IMG/VR virus record: IMGVR_UViG_3300047322_001016
Direction: 5' to 3' (one strand)
DNA length: 64,000 nucleotides
Source of the DNA: an uncultured virus (IMG/VR IMGVR_UViG_3300047322_001016)
Taxonomy: Duplodnaviria; Heunggongvirae; Uroviricota; Caudoviricetes
Below are positions 59,158 to 64,000 of the stretch, piece by piece. A program made the position numbers and the translations under genes. Below the pieces are notes generated by a model. It did not search any database. It was not told where the DNA came from and saw nothing but the letters and a program-made list of their open reading frames with translations. Positions within the stretch are counted from its first letter, which is position 1; each line of letters opens with the position of its first letter.

Positions 59158-60241
59158 TGCCAGGGTCTTCGGCAGCAAGATGGCGGCGCTTCATGTCCGC
59201 CAGAGAACCCACCCACGCCACGAAGTTCCTGCACTCCCGTTCGCTCATCGCCTGCCCGTCCGTCTCGCGCAGGCCCGTGTCGAACTCCACCGGAACGAGC
59301 ATATGACGGCCGTGCTCGTTGAGTTTCGCCCACGCTTCCGGGAGAAGATCGGCCACGTTCCCTTCTATCGCCAGGGCCGTCACTTCGATGCGACGTTGCT
59401 CCAACGCCCTCGCTTCGGCGAGAAGTTCGTGGTGTTCGTCAGCTTCGCTCATCTAGTTCTCCCATTCAGACGATCCGTTGGCGGCCGCTTCCAGTTGCTC
59501 GCGGTGGCATTTCAGGCAGAGCTTCGTGACCGGCCCGACTGGCTCTTTGTGTTTCGGGCATTCGCCGTTGACGGGACGCAGCCACGCGACGCCGCGCCAC
59601 GCCTTCCCTCGTTCCGCTTTCCCGGGGCCGTCGCTCATGTCGCGCCACCAGCTTCGGCCTTACGGATCAAGGAGCGGATGATCCAGTCGGCGTTCCGCAT
59701 GCCTTCCTCGCCGTCTTCGCCGCCCCAGAACACAAGCGGCCAGCCGTGGTCCTCGACGCTCGTACATGCCCACACGACACCGAGTTCCGTGTCGATCAGA
59801 GGCACGAGCTTGTTTCGGCAGTAGCGGCAGCGCTGCTCGATGCTGGCGAACAGTTCGTCTGCGACGAGATCGGGGTCGCCCGTTTCGATGCTCATTCGCG
59901 TCATACGGGTTTCCGGAAGTCGTTCACGTGAATCATCGGAATCCTTCCCCGGTCACGGCGCCATCCGGCGTGACCCTGGTGCGCGTCCGGTTGTAGTGCG
60001 GCGCCCGGAAGTCGCTCCACGGCACCAGCCTGCCGTCCCTGGTCGGCTGCACCCGGTACTCGCCCGGGAAGAAGTCTTTCGGCAGGCCGCGCCAGTGATC
60101 GTCGTACTCGGTCATCAGGTCGAAGAAGCGTTCCTGCCACTCCTGCGGCATCGACTGCAGCAGCGTCCGCGGGAAGACCCCGAAGTTCGCGTACGTCAAC
60201 TCGAAGTACAGGTCGACGTCGCCGGTCATCCTCGCGCTCAT
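59150..60241 (-). CDS. Run of small coupled hypothetical genes (59150..59452, 59453..59638, 59635..59904, 59933..60241)
   Basis: Tightly packed ORFs, several with CxxC; 59933..60241 has FELTYAN...PRTLLQSMP.EWQ.RF, a recurrent phage motif. Confidence 0.5.
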
Positions 60242-60431
60242 GCTTCCTCCGTCTCGGGCCATGTCACCAACACCGGGCACGCTGCGTCTCCTTCCGAGAA
60301 GTGCTTTTCGAGCGTCGACTCGCTCAGGAACTGGCCGCAGAATTGGCAGCGCAGCTGCTTGCCGCAGTGAATGCAGGATCCGCCGCCGCGCCAAGTGTGG
60401 TCGTTGTAGTAGCACTCGGCGGGGAGGGTGC

Positions 60432-61184
60432 TCACAGGCTCACGTCCACGTCGGCGCGGTGCGCGCGCCCGCATATGACGCAGTGACAGATGTGGGAGCC
60501 GTTCTCTAACGCCGGCGGTAGGACTTCGACCCCGTCGACGGTGATGACAGGGACGTGCTCCGGAATTCCGGAGTTGCGGACCAGGTCCGTCGTTTGCCAG
60601 ACGTGGTCCGTGCTTAGCGGTCCGGGACCGCCGTTGGCGTCGTCTGTGCGGTCCGGGACCGCTGAAACCGGGACAGGGAAGGCGTTTTCTTTCTCGCGTT
60701 GCCTTTCCAGCCGTTTCGCGGCCCGCAGCGGAGCGAGCTCTTCCCTCACCTGCTCGCGGGTCATGCCTTCCCTCGAAACGCGTCTGAGCCACTCTTCCTG
60801 TTCTTTCGGGGGCATCCACGCGAACTCGGAGTGGATCGAGAAGGAGATCTTCAGCGGCTTGCGGCGGCGCGAGCGGGGGATCCGGTTGCACGTCGACGTG
60901 TAGTTCTGCAGCGTCTGCGGGGACAGCCCGGTGATCTCTGCCGCCTGGGCGTACGTTTCGCCGTAGACCTTCTCGATGTGGTTGAGGGCGTCCCCGATCA
61001 GCCAGGGGCCCATGCCGTGCAGCTGGCCGAGCATCCCGACCAGCGCTTCGCACTGGTCGTACGGCGTGTCGGGCGGAAGCGTCAGAGACGTTTCGGTGAT
61101 CGCGCCGGTCTGTTCCAGCTTCGCGAGAAGCTGAAGCCCGATCGACTGGATGGCTACCTCCTGTGTGGCGGCTTCCTCACTCAC
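60432..61184 (-). CDS. LmbU-family-like DNA-binding regulator with C-terminal Zn ribbon
   Basis: WLIGD...Y...TGLSPQTLQNY...RRR...SFSIHSE...EQEEWL pattern of LmbU-like HTH proteins; C-terminal CHCVIC. Confidence 0.6.
   Translation of the reverse strand: MSEEAATQEVAIQSIGLQLLAKLEQTGAITETSLTLPPDTPYDQCEALVGMLGQLHGMGPWLIGDALNHIEKVYGETYAQAAEITGLSPQTLQNYTSTCNRIPRSRRRKPLKISFSIHSEFAWMPPKEQEEWLRRVSREGMTREQVREELAPLRAAKRLERQREKENAFPVPVSAVPDRTDDANGGPGPLSTDHVWQTTDLVRNSGIPEHVPVITVDGVEVLPPALENGSHICHCVICGRAHRADVDVSL
60559..60572. repeat. Palindrome TCCGGAATTCCGGA (copy 5)
   Basis: Read directly; inside the regulator gene. Confidence 0.9.
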
Positions 61185-62142
61185 CGGCGCTCCGATCGCT
61201 GCGCGTCGAAAGGGCGTCCGCCAGAGCCTGGCTGACCTGCGCGGCTTTCTCGTCTTTCTCGAACCGCTTCAGGCCAAGCAGGGCCTTCGCCTGCTCGGCG
61301 GCTTTCTCGAGGGCCTCCAAAGACGCTGTCCGTTCGACGAGAAGCTGCGCCAGCGGCGGCAGCGCTTCGTTCAGCGCTTTCGTCTCGACGAGCCAGCGGC
61401 TGCGCCACTCGACCCGCTCCGCTTCCGCCGCGGCGTAGCGTGCCTCGGCCAGGTTGGCCCGCTCCGTCTCACGCGAAACACGGTCGGCCTGCGTCTGGTG
61501 CAGAGTGTTCGCTTCCTGCAAGGTCGTTTCGACCCGCTCCGCTCTTTGCGTGGTCTCGACGAGCCGTTTCTCGACGATCCTGATCCGCTCCTTGTATTCG
61601 GTTTCACGTTGTGCGCTGGCGGCGAGAAGGCCGGACTGCATCTCGCTCAGCTGGCGTTCCTCGACAAGGTCGGCTTCGGCCCGTTCGGCGCGGGACGCAG
61701 CGTCGCGGATCGCGTTCTCGTACTTTTCCGCGTCGACGGTGTTGGATTCGGCGCGGGCGGACTCCTGCGCCGCCAACGTTTTCTGCACTTCCGCTTCCGC
61801 CTGCGCCTGCGCGATCAACGCTTCCACCGACTCGGGGATGCCTGGTGCGGTGTCGAACCAGTCGACGCGCGTCTGGAACGTCCGTGTCTTCCCGTCGCGC
61901 ATGTCGATCGTGACCGACCGCATCCCGTCGTCTTCCAGCTTCACTTCGCGCAGCAGCGGCACCTGCTCGAGCGCGTCGGCGCGTTCGATGATGTGGGTGA
62001 GCTCGGTTGTCACCTGTTCCCGCAGGATCGCGAGGTTGGCCGGCGCCATCGGCGTGTTCCGCGTTCCGGCCCAGTCGAACAGCCGCTCCAGCTGCTCCCA
62101 GACTCTCCGAACGTCTCGCTGCGCGACCGTTGCTTCGCTCAT
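61177..62142 (-). CDS. Long coiled-coil protein
   Basis: AAAGGAG RBS before ATG 62142; Ala/Glu/Arg heptads. Confidence 0.6.
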   Translation of the reverse strand: MSEATVAQRDVRRVWEQLERLFDWAGTRNTPMAPANLAILREQVTTELTHIIERADALEQVPLLREVKLEDDGMRSVTIDMRDGKTRTFQTRVDWFDTAPGIPESVEALIAQAQAEAEVQKTLAAQESARAESNTVDAEKYENAIRDAASRAERAEADLVEERQLSEMQSGLLAASAQRETEYKERIRIVEKRLVETTQRAERVETTLQEANTLHQTQADRVSRETERANLAEARYAAAEAERVEWRSRWLVETKALNEALPPLAQLLVERTASLEALEKAAEQAKALLGLKRFEKDEKAAQVSQALADALSTRSDRSAGE

Positions 62143-62308
62143 TACGTCTCCTTTGATAGTGATCTGACGGCCCGCCGGGAAGTGACGACGCGCTCTCCGT
62201 TTTCGAACTCGACGAGGGCCGAACCCATTTTCCCCGTCGCCACGATCCTGCATCGGCGCCCCTTCAGCTCGGCGCGGCGCGGATTGTTTCCCCAACTGTA
62301 GGAGTGGG

Positions 62309-62818
62309 TCATCGGCTTGCTTCGTCGAGGATCGTGAAGGCCTCCAAGTGCAGGGCGGGAGCGAAAATCTCGTTGTCGGGGTCTTCGAGGACGCGGATCG
62401 CGTCCTGGATCTCGGCTTCGGTCGGCGTGTCGAGCGGGGCCTGCAGATAGTGGCGTCGCTGGCGTCTGTCCCAGACGGGACGCATCGTGATCTTGTCGCT
62501 GACGGCAAGAACCGGCTCGAGCAGCGCAACGCCTGTGTCTTCGCCGTGGCTGTAGGAAACGATCCCGTAGTGGCCCGGGGCGAGCGTGTCCCATCCCTGG
62601 GTTCCGTCGGGGTGCTCGAGGAAGTCGAGGCCCCAGTAGTCGAGCACCCACTGCATCCGGCACGTGTACCGCTCGTAGGTGATGACGGCTTCCCGGTCGC
62701 CGGAGATCGAGTCGAGCTCGACGAGTTCGGTGGCGCAACCCGGATGCTCAACGTCGAATGATGTTCCGTCGCCGTCCTCTAAGACGACGAGCAGATGCGG
62801 TTTCGTGTCGGTGCTCAC
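62309..62818 (-). CDS. Hypothetical protein
   Basis: AAAGGAG RBS before GTG 62818. Confidence 0.5.
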   Translation of the reverse strand: MSTDTKPHLLVVLEDGDGTSFDVEHPGCATELVELDSISGDREAVITYERYTCRMQWVLDYWGLDFLEHPDGTQGWDTLAPGHYGIVSYSHGEDTGVALLEPVLAVSDKITMRPVWDRRQRRHYLQAPLDTPTEAEIQDAIRVLEDPDNEIFAPALHLEAFTILDEASR

Positions 62819-63315
62819 TTCTCTCCTTTCGTTGTCCGAACCGATCCCGTAAGCCCGGCCACGAGTTGTGCGAGCGTCACTTTCGGGGACCCCGCGGCGA
62901 GCCATTGCCGCCTTACCTCTTCATACTCTTTCATCGTCATCTCTTCAAGGGAAGAGCCGCTCACGATCCCGAGATAATCCTGCTGCGGCAAAGCCCGGAA
63001 GTCGTTGTTGGTGAACCGCAGCCAATTCCACACGTGTATCCAGTCGAGCGGGTCGTCGGAGACGGTTCGCGCGACGGGATGGGCTCGCAGCGACGTTTCT
63101 TTCGCGGCTGTCATCTCTTCGACGGCTGCCTTGAACTCGTTTAGCCGCGGCCGTTCTTTTCTTGTGTCGTGGAGTTTCAGGATCGCGCCGGCGACGGTAA
63201 CGCTGTCGAACGGGGCCATCGCGTTGTGCCAAAGTTTGCGCGCGCTGTCGCCGAGCTCGAAGTCCCACATTTGCTCGACGGCGCTAACGGATTCCTGGGC
63301 TTGCCGTTCGTCCAC
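62815..63315 (-). CDS. Replicative helicase loader/inhibitor (G39P-like)
   Basis: N-terminal W...LWHNAM...AILKL......P..NEF helical pattern. Confidence 0.45.
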   Translation of the reverse strand: MDERQAQESVSAVEQMWDFELGDSARKLWHNAMAPFDSVTVAGAILKLHDTRKERPRLNEFKAAVEEMTAAKETSLRAHPVARTVSDDPLDWIHVWNWLRFTNNDFRALPQQDYLGIVSGSSLEEMTMKEYEEVRRQWLAAGSPKVTLAQLVAGLTGSVRTTKGEK

Positions 63316-63524
63316 TAGGGCACTCTACGCTCCTACGGTTGGACGTAGGCCCGAGTCGAGCTCGAGAACGGCGTCGTCGTCGGCCACGAGCTGTTCCGGG
63401 ACGAACTGCTGTGTGTAGGCGCCGCATTCGGGGCAGTGGTTGGGGCGCCGCGGGTTGACCCAGCAGAGCAGGTGTCCGCAGCACGTCATCCGCAGCATGC
63501 GGAACGGCACCCGCTCGTAAGTTT

Positions 63525-63875
63525 TCATTTGCCTCGGATCGCGTGGACGGGGCGGTGCAGCGCTTCCCACAGGTCGTATGAAATGCACGGGCCCATCGAC
63601 ACTTCGTATTCGACGACGCGCGGGTTCCGTTCGACGGCCTGCAGCTTCACGGCCAGGTCGAGCAGACGGTCGTCGTCTTTTTCGGCCCAGACGACGATCC
63701 GGTGCATCGCGGTCGCGTACAACGCGACGAACGTGCAATCCGGGTGCGGGCAGGGGAACGGCGTTGTTTTGATGCACCACCAGCCGGTCGGGTCGATCTC
63801 GACGTCAGCGACTTCCTCGTCGACGACGATCTGGCCTCTGTCGGTGACGAACGTTTCCGTCATCGTCTCCACCAA
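63525..63875 (-). CDS. Hypothetical protein
   Basis: CPHPDC motif; part of the minus-strand early operon. Confidence 0.45.
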   Translation of the reverse strand: MVETMTETFVTDRGQIVVDEEVADVEIDPTGWWCIKTTPFPCPHPDCTFVALYATAMHRIVVWAEKDDDRLLDLAVKLQAVERNPRVVEYEVSMGPCISYDLWEALHRPVHAIRGK

Positions 63876-64000
63876 GACCGTTTGGGCTGCTCGGGCCGAC
63901 AGTCAGAGCAGATGTCAGGGCGGTCTCCCGGATAGTGGAACGGATGCCCTGGTGGCGACAGAACACCGGGGCAGCAGACGCGAAGCTGGCGTCGGCGCGG

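Overview
High-GC (~65-68%) fragment of a tailed dsDNA phage (siphovirus-type), most likely infecting an actinobacterium (inference from capsid, tail and regulator families and leaderless promoters). Layout: a truncated papain-like C1 protease (minus strand, left edge); major capsid, second capsid protein and major tail tube; then a ~27 kb accessory block inside the structural operon. That block holds a PTP-like phytase, seven paralogous GT2-like glycosyltransferases, a methyltransferase, an RNA ligase-like gene, an array of lectin/glycan-binding modules with shared terminal tags, and a 2586-aa Pro/Arg/Val-rich repeat protein. After it come the head-tail adaptor, tail completion genes, chaperones, tape measure, Dit/hub, and collagen-like and Gly-rich fibres; a reverse-strand methyltransferase + GT4 pair; an NlpC/P60 lysis cassette; a bidirectional terminator; and a leftward arm of early genes (SLOG/DprA-like, secreted transglycosylase, HNH, LmbU-like regulator, helicase-loader-like). 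No terminase, portal, integrase, tRNA or CRISPR was seen. Most notable: (1) a putative modular, glycosylated virion-coat system (repeat scaffold + swappable lectin cassettes + GT expansion + G-X-T collagen); (2) five dispersed copies of the palindrome TCCGGAATTCCGGA; (3) a recurrent CCG-N10-(-10) promoter motif; (4) two core structural genes that appear to start at non-canonical ATA/ACG codons. All functional calls come from reading motifs by eye; no database searches were run.
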